A DNA stretch of 64,000 nucleotides from Eledone cirrhosa (Eukaryota). This document shows positions 40,298 through 54,128 of this stretch, piece after piece. The position numbers and the translations under genes were made by a program. Within the stretch, counting starts at the first letter, position 1; each line of letters begins with the position of its first letter. The stretch lies in contig OZ024741.1 of the NCBI GenBank assembly GCA_964016885.1, forward strand, positions 256,122,001-256,186,000. The letters are read 5' to 3'. The notes under the pieces are model-generated. The model made no database searches. It saw only the letters and a list, made by a program, of their open reading frames with translations, and was not told the origin of the DNA.

Positions 40298-40366
40298 AAA
40301 TAACAAATAGACGCGGTTTCAAATCTCTATGCTTTTCAAATTCATTACATTAATCTTTATTTATAC
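40298..40366 (+). repeat. 69-bp AT-rich insert, copy 25
   Basis: Same sequence; 1-bp deletion in downstream flank (TTTACGATG). Confidence 0.95.
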
Positions 40367-41855
40367 GTTTCGCTTTACGATGTTTCGACTTACGAGTGTT
40401 TCGACATACGAGTGTTTCGGCTTACGAGTGTTTTGATTTACGAGTGTTTTGACTTACGGGTGCTTCGACTTACGCGTGTTTTGACTTACGAGTGTTTCGA
40501 CTTACGAGTGTTTCGACTTACGAGTGTTTCGGCTTACGAGTGTTTTGACTTACGAATGTTTTGACTTACGATTGTTTCGGCTTACGGGTGTTTCGACTTA
40601 CGAATGTTTTTGCTTACGAGTGTTTCGGCTTACGAGTGTTTCGGCTTATGAGTGTTTCGAATTACGAGTGTTTTGACTTACGGGTGTTTTGACATACGAG
40701 TGTTTCGATACGATTGTTCTGACTTACGAGTGTTTCCGCTTACGAGTGTTTCGGCTTACGAGTGTTTCGACTTACTAATGTTTTTACTTACGAGTGTTTC
40801 GGTGTACGAGTGTTTCGACTTAAGGATGTTTCGACTTACGAGTGTTTCGACTTACGAGTGTTTCGACTTACGAGTGTTTCGACTTACGAGTGTTTTGGCT
40901 TACGAATGTTTTGACTTACGGGTGTTTCGACTTACGAGTATTTCGGCTTAAGAGTGTTTCGACGTACGAATGTTTTGGCTTACGAGTGTTTCGGCTTATG
41001 AGTGTTTCGGCTTACGAGTGTTTCGACTTACGAGTGTTTCGGCTTACGAGTGTTTCAGTGTTTCGGCTTACGTGTGTTTCGACTTACGAGTGTTTCGACT
41101 TACGACTGTTTCGGCTTACGAGTGTTTCGGCTTACGAGTGTTTCGGCTTACGAGTGTTTTGACTTACGATTGTTTGGCTTACGAGTGTTCTGACTTACGG
41201 GTGTTCTGACTTACGGGTGTTCCGACTTACGAGTGTTTCGGCTTATGAGGGTTTCGACTTACGATTGTTTCGACTTACGAGTGTTTCGGCTTACGAGTGT
41301 TTCGACTTACGAGTGTTCTGACTTACGACTGTTTCGGCTTACGAGTGTTTCGGCTTACGAGTGTTTCGGCTTACGAGTGTTTTGACTTACGATTGTTTGG
41401 CTTACGAGTGTTCTGACTTACGGGTGTTCTGACTTACGGGTGTTCCGACTTACGAGTGTTACGGCTTATGAGGGTTTCGACTTACGAGTGTTTCGACTTA
41501 CGAGTGTTTCGGCTTACGAGTGTTTCGACTTACGAGTGTTCTGACTTACGAGTGTTCTGACTTACGAGTGTTCTTACTTACGAGTGTTCCGACTTACGAG
41601 TGTTCCGACTTACGAGTGTTTCGGCTTACGAGTGTTTCGGCTTACGAGTGTTTCGACTTACGAATGTTTCGACTTACGAGTGTTCCGACTTACGGGTGTT
41701 TCGACTTACGAGTGTTTTGGCTTACGGTGTTTCGGCTTACGAGTGTTTCGAGTTACGAGTGTTTTGACTTACACGTGTTTTGACATACGAGTGTTTCGAC
41801 TTTACGAGTGTTTCGGCTCACGATTGTTTCGAATTACGAGTGTTTCGACTTACGA

Positions 41856-41924
41856 AAATAACAAATAGACGCGGTTTCAAATCTCTATGCTTTTCAAATT
41901 CATTACATTAATCTTTATTTATAC
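41856..41924 (+). repeat. 69-bp AT-rich insert, copy 26
   Basis: Same sequence; flank TTTACGATG. Confidence 0.95.
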
Positions 41925-43350
41925 GTTTCGCTTTACGATGTTTCGACTTACGAGTGTTTCGACATACGAGTGTTTCGGCTTACGAGTGTTTTGATTTACG
42001 AGTGTTTTGACTTACGGGTGCTTCGACTTACGCGTGTTTTGACTTACGAGTGTTTCGACTTACGAGTGTTTCGACTTACGAGTGTTTCGGCTTACGAGTG
42101 TTTTGACTTACGAATGTTTTGACTTACGATTGTTTCGGCTTACGGGTGTTTCGACTTACGAATGTTTTTGCTTACGAGTGTTTCGGCTTACGAGTGTTTC
42201 GGCTTATGAGTGTTTCGAATTACGAGTGTTTTGACTTACGGGTGTTTTGACATACGAGTGTTTCGATACGATTGTTCTGACTTACGAGTGTTTCCGCTTA
42301 CGAGTGTTTCGGCTTACGAGTGTTTCGACTTACTAATGTTTTTACTTACGAGTGTTTCGGTGTACGAGTGTTTCGACTTAAGGATGTTTCGACTTACGAG
42401 TGTTTCGACTTACGAGTGTTTCGACTTACGAGTGTTTCGACTTACGAGTGTTTTGGCTTACGAATGTTTTGACTTACGGGTGTTTCGACTTACGAGTGTT
42501 TCGGCTTATGAGTGTTTCGACTTACGGGCGTTTCGACTTACGAGTGTTTCGACTTACGAGTGTTTTGGCTTACGAATGTTTTGACTTACGGGTGTTTCGA
42601 CTTACGAGTGTTTCGACTTATGAGTGTTTCGACTTACGAGTGTTTCGGCTTATGAGTGTTTCGACTTACGAGTGCTTCGGCTTACGAGTGTTTCGACTTA
42701 CGAGTATTTCGGCTTACGAGTGTTTCGACGTACGAATGTTTTGGCTTACGAGTGTTTCGGCTTATGAGTGTTTCGGCTTACGAGTGTTTCAGTGTTTCGG
42801 CTTACGTGTGTTTCGACTTACGAGTGTTTCGACTTACGACTGTTTCGGCTTATGAGTGTTTCGGCTTACGAGTGTTTCGGCTTACGAGTGTTTTGACTTA
42901 CGATTGTTTGGCTTACGAGTGTTCTGACTTACGGGTGTTCTGACTTACGGGTGTTCCGACTTACGAGTGTTTCGGCTTATGAGGGTTTCGACTTACGAGT
43001 GTTTCGACTTACGAGTGTTTCGGCTTACGAGTGTTTCGACTTACGAGTGTTCTGACTTACGAGTGTTCTGACTTACGAGTGTTCTTACTTACGAGTGTTC
43101 CGACTTACGAGTGTTCCGACTTACGAGTGTTTCGGCTTACGAGTGTTTCGGCTTACGAGTGTTTCGACTTACGAATGTTTCGACTTACGAGTGTTCCGAC
43201 TTACGGGTGTTTCGACTTACGAGTGTTTTGGCTTACGGTGTTTCGGCTTACGAGTGTTTCGAGTTACGAGTGTTTTGACTTACGAGTGTTCCGACTTTAC
43301 GAGTGTTTCGGCTCACGAGTGTTTCGGCTTACGAGTGTTTCGACTTACGA

Positions 43351-43419
43351 AAATAACAAATAGACGCGGTTTCAAATCTCTATGCTTTTCAAATTCATTA
43401 CATTAATCTTTATTTATAC
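43351..43419 (+). repeat. 69-bp AT-rich insert, copy 27
   Basis: Same sequence as 349-417. Confidence 0.95.
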
Positions 43420-45115
43420 GTTTCGCTTTACGAGTGTTTCGACTTACGAGTGTTTCGACATACGAGTGTTTCGGCTTACGAGTGTTTTGATTTACGAGTG
43501 TTTTGACTTACGGGTGCTTCGACTTACGCGTGTTTCGACTTACGAGTGTTTCGACTTACGAGTGTTTCGACTTACGAGTGTTTCGGCTTACGAGTGTTTT
43601 GACTTACGAAGTTTTGACTTACGATTGTTTCAGCTTACGAGTGTTTCGACTTACGAGTGTTCTGACTACGAGTGTTCTGATTTACGGGTGTTCTGACTTA
43701 CGAGTGTTCCGACTTACGAGTGTTTCGGCTTATGAGTGTTTCGACTTACGAGTGCTTCGACTTACGAGTGTTTCGGCTTACGGGTGTTTCGACTTACGAA
43801 TGTTTTTGCTTACGAGTGTTTCGGCTTACGAGTGTTTCGGCTTATGAGTGTTTCGACTTACGAGTGTTTTGACTTACGGGTGTTTTGACATACGAGTGTT
43901 TCGATACGATTGTTCTGACTTACGAGTGTTTCCGCTTACGAGTGTTTCGGCTTACGAGTATTTCGACTTACTAATGTTTTTACTTACGAGTGTTTCGGTG
44001 TACGAGTGTTTCGACTTAAGGATGTTTCGACTTACGAGTGTTTCGACTTACGAGTGTTTCGACTTACGAGTGTTTTGGCTTACGAATGTTTTGACTTACG
44101 GGTGTTTCGACTTACGAGTGTTTCGACTTATGAGTGTTTCGACTTACGAGTGTTTCGGCTTATGAGTGTTTCGACTTACGAGTGCTTCGGCTTACGAGTG
44201 TTTCGACTTACGAGTATTTCGGCTTAAGAGTGTTTCGACGTACGAATGTTTTGGCTTACGAGTGTTTCGGCTTATGAGTGTTTCGGCTTACGAGTGTTTC
44301 GACTTACGAGTGTTTCGGCTTACGAGTGTTTCAGTGTTTCGGCTTACGTGTGTTTCGACTTACGAGTGTTTCGACTTACGACTGTTTCGGCTTACGAGTG
44401 TTTCGGCTTACGAGTGTTTCGGCTTACGAGTGTTTTGACTTACGATTGTTTGGCTTACGAGTGTTCTGACTTACGGGTGTTCTGACTTACGGGTGTTCCG
44501 ACTTACGAGTGTTTCGGCTTATGAGGGTTTCGACTTACGATTGTTTCGACTTACGAGTGTTTCGGCTTACGAGTGTTTCGACTTACGAGTGTTCTGACTT
44601 ACGACTGTTTCGGCTTACGAGTGTTTCGGCTTACGAGTGTTTCGGCTTACGAGTGTTTTGACTTACGATTGTTTGGCTTACGAGTGTTCTGACTTACGGG
44701 TGTTCTGACTTACGGGTGTTCCGACTTACGAGTGTTACGGCTTATGAGGGTTTCGACTTACGAGTGTTTCGACTTACGAGTGTTTCGGCTTACGAGTGTT
44801 TCGACTTACGAGTGTTCTGACTTACGAGTGTTCTGACTTACGAGTGTTCTTACTTACGAGTGTTCCGACTTACGAGTGTTTCGGCTTACGAGTGTTTCGG
44901 CTTACGAGTGTTTCGACTTACGAATGTTTCGACTTACGAGTGTTCCGACTTACGGGTGTTTCGACTTACGAGTGTTTTGGCTTACGGTGTTTCGGCTTAC
45001 GAGTGTTTCGAGTTACGAGTGTTTTGACTTACACGTGTTTTGACATACGAGTGTTTCGACTTTACGAGTGTTTCGGCTCACGATTGTTTCGAATTACGAG
45101 TGTTTCGACTTACGA

Positions 45116-45184
45116 AAATAACAAATAGACGCGGTTTCAAATCTCTATGCTTTTCAAATTCATTACATTAATCTTTATTTATAC
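45116..45184 (+). repeat. 69-bp AT-rich insert, copy 28
   Basis: Same sequence; flank TTTACGATG. Confidence 0.95.
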
Positions 45185-46673
45185 GTTTCGCTTTACGATG
45201 TTTCGACTTACGAGTGTTTCGACATACGAGTGTTTCGGCTTACGAGTGTTTTGATTTACGAGTGTTTTGACTTACGGGTGCTTCGACTTACGCGTGTTTT
45301 GACTTACGAGTGTTTCGACTTACGAGTGTTTCGACTTACGAGTGTTTCGGCTTACGAGTGTTTTGACTTACGAATGTTTTGACTTACGATTGTTTCGGCT
45401 TACGGGTGTTTCGACTTACGAATGTTTTTGCTTACGAGTGTTTCGGCTTACGAGTGTTTCGGCTTATGAGTGTTTCGAATTACGAGTGTTTTGACTTACG
45501 GGTGTTTTGACATACGAGTGTTTCGATACGATTGTTCTGACTTACGAGTGTTTCCGCTTACGAGTGTTTCGGCTTACGAGTGTTTCGACTTACTAATGTT
45601 TTTACTTACGAGTGTTTCGGTGTACGAGTGTTTCGACTTAAGGATGTTTCGACTTACGAGTGTTTCGACTTACGAGTGTTTCGACTTACGAGTGTTTCGA
45701 CTTACGAGTGTTTTGGCTTACGAATGTTTTGACTTACGGGTGTTTCGACTTACGAGTATTTCGGCTTAAGAGTGTTTCGACGTACGAATGTTTTGGCTTA
45801 CGAGTGTTTCGGCTTATGAGTGTTTCGGCTTACGAGTGTTTCGACTTACGAGTGTTTCGGCTTACGAGTGTTTCAGTGTTTCGGCTTACGTGTGTTTCGA
45901 CTTACGAGTGTTTCGACTTACGACTGTTTCGGCTTACGAGTGTTTCGGCTTACGAGTGTTTCGGCTTACGAGTGTTTTGACTTACGATTGTTTGGCTTAC
46001 GAGTGTTCTGACTTACGGGTGTTCTGACTTACGGGTGTTCCGACTTACGAGTGTTTCGGCTTATGAGGGTTTCGACTTACGAGTGTTTCGACTTACGAGT
46101 GTTTCGGCTTACGAGTGTTTCGACTTACGAGTGTTCTGACTTACGACTGTTTCGGCTTACGAGTGTTTCGGCTTACGAGTGTTTCGGCTTACGAGTGTTT
46201 TGACTTACGATTGTTTGGCTTACGAGTGTTCTGACTTACGGGTGTTCTGACTTACGGGTGTTCCGACTTACGAGTGTTACGGCTTATGAGGGTTTCGACT
46301 TACGAGTGTTTCGACTTACGAGTGTTTCGGCTTACGAGTGTTTCGACTTACGAGTGTTCTGACTTACGAGTGTTCTGACTTACGAGTGTTCTTACTTACG
46401 AGTGTTCCGACTTACGAGTGTTCCGACTTACGAGTGTTTCGGCTTACGAGTGTTTCGGCTTACGAGTGTTTCGACTTACGAATGTTTCGACTTACGAGTG
46501 TTCCGACTTACGGGTGTTTCGACTTACGAGTGTTTTGGCTTACGGTGTTTCGGCTTACGAGTGTTTCGAGTTACGAGTGTTTTGACTTACACGTGTTTTG
46601 ACATACGAGTGTTTCGACTTTACGAGTGTTTCGGCTCACGATTGTTTCGAATTACGAGTGTTTCGACTTACGA

Positions 46674-46742
46674 AAATAACAAATAGACGCGGTTTCAAAT
46701 CTCTATGCTTTTCAAATTCATTACATTAATCTTTATTTATAC
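46674..46742 (+). repeat. 69-bp AT-rich insert, copy 29
   Basis: Same sequence; flank TTTACGATG. Confidence 0.95.
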
Positions 46743-48435
46743 GTTTCGCTTTACGATGTTTCGACTTACGAGTGTTTCGACATACGAGTGTTTCGGCTTA
46801 CGAGTGTTTTGATTTACGAGTGTTTTGACTTACGGGTGCTTCGACTTACGCGTGTTTTGACTTACGAGTGTTTCGACTTACGAGTGTTTCGACTTACGAG
46901 TGTTTCGGCTTACGAGTGTTTTGACTTACGAATGTTTTGACTTACGATTGTTTCGGCTTACGGGTGTTTCGACTTACGAATGTTTTTGCTTACGAGTGTT
47001 TCGGCTTATGAGTGTTTCGACTTACGAGTGTTTTGACTTACGGGTGTTTTGACATACGAGTGTTTCGATACGATTGTTCTGACTTACGAGTGTTTCCGCT
47101 TACGAGTGTTTCGGCTTACGAGTGTTTCGACTTACTAATGTTTTTACTTACGAGTGTTTCGGTGTACGAGTGTTTCGACTTAAGGATGTTTCGACTTACG
47201 ATTGTTTCGGCTTACGAGTGTTCTGACTACGAGTGTTCTGACTTACGGGTGTTCTGACTTACGAGTGTTCCGACTTACGAGTGTTTCGGCTTATGAGTGT
47301 TTCGACTTACGAGTGCTTCGACTTACGAGTGTTTCGGCTTACGGGTGTTTCGACTTACGAATGTTTTTGCTTACGAGTGTTTCGGCTTATGAGTGTTTCG
47401 ACTTACGAGTGTTTTGACTTACGGGTGTTTTGACATACGAGTGTTTCGACTTACGAGTATTTCGGCTTACGAGTGTTTCGACGTACGAATGTTTTGGCTT
47501 ACGAGTGTTTCGGCTTATGAGTGTTTCGGCTTACGAGTGTTTCGACTTACGAGTGTTTCGGCTTACGAGTGTTTCAGTGTTTCGGCTTACGAGTGTTTCG
47601 ACTTACGAGTGTTTCGACTTACGACTGTTTCCGCTTACGAGTGTTTCGGCTTACGAGTGTTTCGGCTTACGAGTGTTTTGACTTACGATTGTTTGGCTTA
47701 CGAGTGTTCTGACTTACGGGTGTTTTGACTTACGATTGTTTGGCTTACGAGTGTTCTGACTTACGGGTGTTCTGACTTACGAGTGTTCCGACTTACGAGT
47801 GTTTCGGCTTATGAGGGTTTCGACTTACGAGTGCTTCGGCTTACGAGTGTTTCGACTTACGAGTGTTTCGGCTTACGAGTGTTTCGACTTACGAGTGTTT
47901 CGACTTACGAGTGTTTTGACTTACGGTGTTTCGGCTTACGAGTGTTTCGACATACGAGTGTTTTGACGTACGGGTGTTTCGACTTACGGGTCTTTCGACT
48001 TACGAGTGTTTCGACTTACGAGCGCTTCGACTTACGAGTGTTTCGACTTACGAGTGTTTCGGCGTATGAGTGTTTTGACTTACGAGTGTTTCGACTTACG
48101 AGTGTTTCGAATTACGAGTGTTTCGACTTACGAGTGTTTTGACTTACGAGTGTTTTGACTTACGGTGTTTGTGCTTACGAGTGTTTCGACTTACGAGTGT
48201 TATGACTTACGGGTGTTTTGACATACGAGTGTTTCGACTTACGAGTGTTTTGACTTACGGGTGTTTTGACATACGAGTGTTTCGATACGAGTGTTCTGAC
48301 TTACGAGTGTTCTGACTTACGAGTGTTCTGACTTACGAGTGTTCTGACTTACGAGTGTTCTGACTTACGAGTGTTCCGACTTTACGAGTGTTTCGGCTCA
48401 CGAGTGTTTCGGCTTACAAGTGTTTCGACTTACGA

Positions 48436-48504
48436 AAATAACAAATAGACGCGGTTTCAAATCTCTATGCTTTTCAAATTCATTACATTAATCTTTATTT
48501 ATAC
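48436..48504 (+). repeat. 69-bp AT-rich insert, copy 30
   Basis: Same sequence; upstream flank variant TTACAAG, as in copy 21. Confidence 0.95.
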
Positions 48505-51500
48505 GTTTCGCTTTACGAGTGTTTCGACTTACGAGTGTTTCGACATACGAGTGTTTCGGCTTACGAGTGTTTTGATTTACGAGTGTTTTGACTTACGGGT
48601 GCTTCGACTTACGCGTGTTTCGACTTACGAGTGTTTCGACTTATGAGTGTTTCGACTCACGAGTGTTTCGGCTTACGAGTGTTTTGACTTACGAATGTTT
48701 TGACTTACGATTGTTTCGGCTTACGAGTGTTTCGACTTACGAGTGTTCTGACTACGAGTGTTCTGACTTACGGGTGTTCTGACTTACGAGTGTTCCGACT
48801 TACGAGTGTTTCGGCTTATGAGTGTTTCGACTTACGAGTGTTTCGACTTACGAGTGTTTCGACTTACGAGTGTTTCGACTTACGAGTGTTTTGCCTTACG
48901 AATGTTTTGACTTACGGGTGTTTCGAATTACGAGTGTTTCGGCTTATGAGTGTTTCGACTTACGGGCGTTTCGACTTACGGGTGTTTCGACTTACGAGTG
49001 TTTTGGCTTACGAATGTTTTGACTTACGGGTGTTTCGAATTACGAGTGTTTCGGCTTATGAGTGTTTCGACTTACGGGCGTTTCGACTTACGGGTGTTTC
49101 GACTTACGAGTGTTTTGGCTTACGAGTGTTTCGACTTACTAATGTTTTTACTTACCAGTGTTTCGGTGTACGAATGTTTAGACTTAAGGATGTTTCGACT
49201 TACGAGTGTTTCGACTTACGAGTGTTTCGGCTTACGTGAGTTTCGACTTCAGAGTGTTCTGATTTACGAGTGTTCTGACTTGCGGGTGTTTCGGCTTATG
49301 AGTGTTTCGACTTACGAGTGTTTCGGCTTACGAGTGTTTCGACTTATGGGTGTTTCGACTTACGAGTGTTTTTACTTACGGTGTTTCGGCTTACGAGTGT
49401 TTCGACATACGAGTGTTTTGACTTACGGGTGTTTCGGCTTACGAGTGTTTCGACTGACGAGTGTTTCGGCTTACGAGTGTTTCGACTTACTAATGTTTTT
49501 ACTTACGAGTGTTTCGGCGTACGAGAGTTTTGACTTACGAGTGTTTCGACTTACGAGTGATTTGATTTACGAATGTTTTGACTTACGGGTGTTTCGGCTT
49601 ATGAGTGTTTCGACTTACGAGTCTTTCGGCTTACGAGTGTTTCGACTTACTAATGTTTTTACTTACGAGTGTTTCGGCGTACGAGTGTTTCGACTTACGA
49701 GTGTTTCGACTTACGGATGTTTTGACTTATGGGTGTTTCGGCTTACGAGTGTTTCGACTTACGAGTGTTTTGACTTACGGGTGTTTCGACTTACGAGTAT
49801 TTTTGGCTTACGAGTGTTTCGACTTACGAGTGTTTTGACTTACGAGTGTTCTGATTTACGGATGTTTCGACATACGAATGTTTCGACTTACGAGTGTTTC
49901 GACTTATGAGTGTTTCGACTTACGAGTGTTTCGGCTTACGAGTGTTTTGACTTACGAGTGTTTTGACTTACGGTGTTTCGGCTTACGAGTGTTTCGACTT
50001 ACGATTGTTTTGACTTACGGGTGTTTTGACATACGAGTGTTTCGATACGAGTGTTCTGACTTACGAGTGTTCTGACTTACGAGTGTTTTGACTTACGAGT
50101 GTTCTGACTTACGAGTGTTCCGACTTACGAGTGTTCCGACTTACGAGTGTTTCGGCTTACGAGTGTTTCCGGCTTACGAGTGTTTCGACTTCCGAGTGTT
50201 TTGACTTACGGTGTTTCGGCTTACGAGTGATTCGACTTACGAGTGTTTTGACTTACGGGTGATTTGACTTACGGGTGTTGTGAATTACGAGTGTTCCGAT
50301 TTACGAGTGTTTTGACTTACGGTGTTTCGGCTTACAAGTGATTCGACTTACGAATGTTTTGACTTACGGGTGTTTCGGCTTGCGAGTGTTTCGACTTACG
50401 AGTGTTTCGGCTTATGGGTGTTTCGACTTACTAATGTTTTTACTTACGAGTGTTTCGGTGTACGAGTGTTTTGACTTACGAGTGTTTCGACTTACGAGTG
50501 TTTCGACTTACGAGTGTTTCGGCTTACGTGAGTTTCGACTTAAGAGTGTTCTGATTTACGAGTGTTCTGACTTGCGGGTGTTCTGATTTACGAGTGTTCC
50601 GATTTACGAGTGTTTCGGCTTATTAGTGTTTCGACTTACGAGTGTTTCGGCTTACGAGTGTTTCGACTTATGGGTGTTTTGACTTACGAGTGTTTTTAAT
50701 TACGGTGTTTCCGCTTACGAGTGTTTCGACATACGAGTGTTTTGACTTACGGGTGTTTCGACTACGAGTGTTTTGACTTATGAATGTTTTGACTTACGGG
50801 TGTTTCGGCTTACGAGTGTTTCGACTTACGAGGGTTTCGGCTTACGAGTGTTTCGACTTACTAATGTTCTTACTTACGAGTGTTTCGCCGAACGAGAGTT
50901 TTGACTTACGAGTGTTTCGACTTACGAGTGTTTCGACTTACGAGTGTTTCGACTTACGGGTGTTTTGACTTACGGTTGTTTCGGCTTACGAGTGTTTTGA
51001 CTTACGAGTGTTTTGACTTACGTGTTTTGACTTACGAGTGTTCTGATTTACGGATGTTTCGACATACGAGTGTTTCGACTTACGAGTGTTTCGACTTATG
51101 AGTGTTTCGACTTACGAGTGTTTCGGCTTATGAGTGTTTCGTCTTACGAGTGCTTCGGCTTACGAGTGTTTCGACTTACGAGTATTTCGGCTTACGAGTG
51201 TTTCGACGTACGAATGTTTTGGCTTACGAGTGTTTCGGCTTATGAGTGTTTCGGCTTACGAGTGTTTCGACTTACGAATGTTTCGGCTTACGAGTGTTTC
51301 AGTGTTTCGGCTTACGTGTGTTTCGACTTACGAGTGTTTCGACTTACGACTGTTTTGGCTTACGAGTGTTTCGGCTTACGAGTGTTTCGGCTTACGAGTG
51401 TTTTGACTTACGAGTGTTTTGAGTTACGATTGTTTGGCTTACGAGTGTTCTGACTTACGGGTGTTCTGACTTACGAATGTTCCGACTTACGAGTGTTTCG

Positions 51501-53243
51501 GCTTATGAGGGTTTCGCCTTACGAGTGCTTCGGCTTACGAGTGTTTCGACTTACGAGTGTTTCGGCTTACGAGTGTTTCGACTTACGAGTGTTTCGACTT
51601 ACGAGTGTTTTGACTTACGGTGTTTCGGCTTACGAGTGTTTCGACATACGAGTGTTTTGACGTACGGGTGTTTCGACTTACGGGTCTTTCGACTTAAGAG
51701 TGTTTCGACTTACGAGCGCTTCGACTTACGAGTGTTTCGACTTACGAGTGTTTCGGCGTATGAGTGTTTTGACTTACGAGTGTTTCGACTTACGAGTGTT
51801 TCGACTTACGAGTGTTTCGAATTACGAGTGTTTCGACTTACGAGTGTTTTGACTTACGAGTGTTTTGACTTCGGTGTTTCTGCTTACGAGTGTTTCGACT
51901 TACGAGTGTTATGACTTACGGGTGTTTTCACATACGAGTGTTTCGACTTACGAGTGTTTTGACTTACGGGTGTTTTGACATACGAGTGTTTCGATACGAG
52001 TGTTCTGACTTACGAGTGTTCTGACTTACGAGTGTTCTGACTTACGAGTGTTTCGACATACGAGTGTTTTGACTTACGGGTGTTTCGACTTACGAGTGTT
52101 TTCACTTACGAATGTTTTGACTTACGGGTGTTTCGGCTTACGAGTGTTTCGACTTACGAGTGTTTCGGCTTACGAAGGTTTCGACTTACTAATATTTTTA
52201 CTTACGAGTGTTTCGGCGTACGAGAGTTTTGACTTACGAGTGTTTCGACTTACGAGTGTTTCGACTTACGAGTATTTTGACTTACGAATGTTTTAACTTA
52301 CGGGTGTTTCGGCTTACGAGTGTTTTGACTTACGAGTCTTTCGGCTTACGAGTGTTTCGACTTACTAATGTTTTTACTTACGAGTGTTTCGGCGTACGAG
52401 TGTTTCGACTTCCGAGTGTTTCGACTTACGGGTGTTTTGACTTACGGGTGTATCGGCTTACGAGTGTTTTGACTTACGAGTGTTTTGACTTAAGGGTGTT
52501 TCGACGTACGAGGATTTTTGGCTTACGAGTGTTTCGACTTACGAGTGTTTTGACTTACGAGTGTTCTGATTTACGGATGTTTCGACATACGAGTGTTTCG
52601 ACTTACGAGTGTTTCGACTTATGAGTGTTTCGACTTACGAGTGTTTCGACTTACGAGTGTTTCGGCTTGTGATTGTTTCGACTTACGAGTGTTTTGACTT
52701 ACGGTGTTTCAGCTTACGAGTGTTTCGACTTACGAGTGTTTTGACTTACGGGTGTTTTGACATACGAGTGTTTCGATACGAGTGTTCTGACTTACGAGTG
52801 TTCTGACTTACGAGTGTTTTGACTTACGAGTGTTCTGACTTACGAGTGTTCCGACTTACGAGTGTTCCGACTTACGAGTGTTTCGGATTACGAGTGTTTT
52901 GACTGAAGGGTGTTTCGACTTACGAGTGTTTCGATACGAGTGTTTCGACTTACGAGTGTTTCGGCTTACGAGTGTTTCGACTTACGAGTGTTTCGACTTA
53001 CGAGTGTTCCGACTTACGGGTGTTTCGAGTTAGGAGTGTTTTGGCTTACGGTGTTTCGACTTACGAGTGTTTCGAGTTAAGAGTGTTTTTACTTACGAGT
53101 GTTCTGATTTACGAGTGTTCTGACTTACGAGTGTTCTGACTTACGAGTGTTCTGACTTACGAGTGTTCTGACTTACGAGTGTTCCGACTTTACGAGTGAT
53201 TCGGGTCACGAGTGTTTCGGCTTACGAGTGTTTCGACTTACGA

Positions 53244-53312
53244 AAATAACAAATAGACGCGGTTTCAAATCTCTATGCTTTTCAAATTCATTACATTAAT
53301 CTTTATTTATAC
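53244..53312 (+). repeat. 69-bp AT-rich insert, copy 31
   Basis: Same sequence as 349-417. Confidence 0.95.
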
Positions 53313-54059
53313 GTTTCGCTTTACGAGTGTTTCGACTTACGAGTGTTTCGACATACGAGTCTTTCGACTTACGAATATTTTTGCTTACGGGTGTTTCGAC
53401 TTACGAATGTTTTTGCTTACGAGTGTTTCGGTTTACGAGTGTTCCGACTTACGAGTGTTCCGACTTACGAGTGTCTCGGCTTACGAGTGTTTCCGGCTTA
53501 CGAGTGTTTCAACTTACGAGTGTTCTGACTTACGAGTGTTCTGATTTACGGATGTTTCGACACACGAGTGTTTCGAATTACGAGTGTTTCGACTTACGAG
53601 TGTTTTGACTTACGGGTGTTTTGACATACGAGTGTTTCGATACGAGTGTTTCGACTTACGAGTGTTCTGACTTACGAGTGTTCTGACTTACGAGTGTTCT
53701 TACTTACGAGTGTTCCGACTTACGAGTGTTCCGACTTACGAGTGTTTCGGCATACGAGTGTTTCGGCTTACGAGTGTTTCGACTTACGAATGTTTCGACT
53801 TACGAGTGTTCCGACTTACGGGTGTTTCGACTTACGAGTGTTTTGGCTTACGGTGTTTCGGCTTACGAGTGTTTCGAGTTACGAGTGTTTTGACTTACAC
53901 GTGTTTTGACATACGAGTGTTTCGATACGAGTGTTCTGACTTACGAGTGTTCTGACTTACGAGTGTTCTGACTTACGAGTGTTCTGACTTACGAGTGTTC
54001 CGACTTTACGAGTGTTTCGGCTCACGAGTGTTTCGGCTTACGAGTGTTTCGACTTACGA

Positions 54060-54128
54060 AAATAACAAATAGACGCGGTTTCAAATCTCTATGCTTTTCA
54101 AATTCATTACATTAATCTTTATTTATAC
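54060..54128 (+). repeat. 69-bp AT-rich insert, copy 32
   Basis: Same sequence as 349-417. Confidence 0.95.
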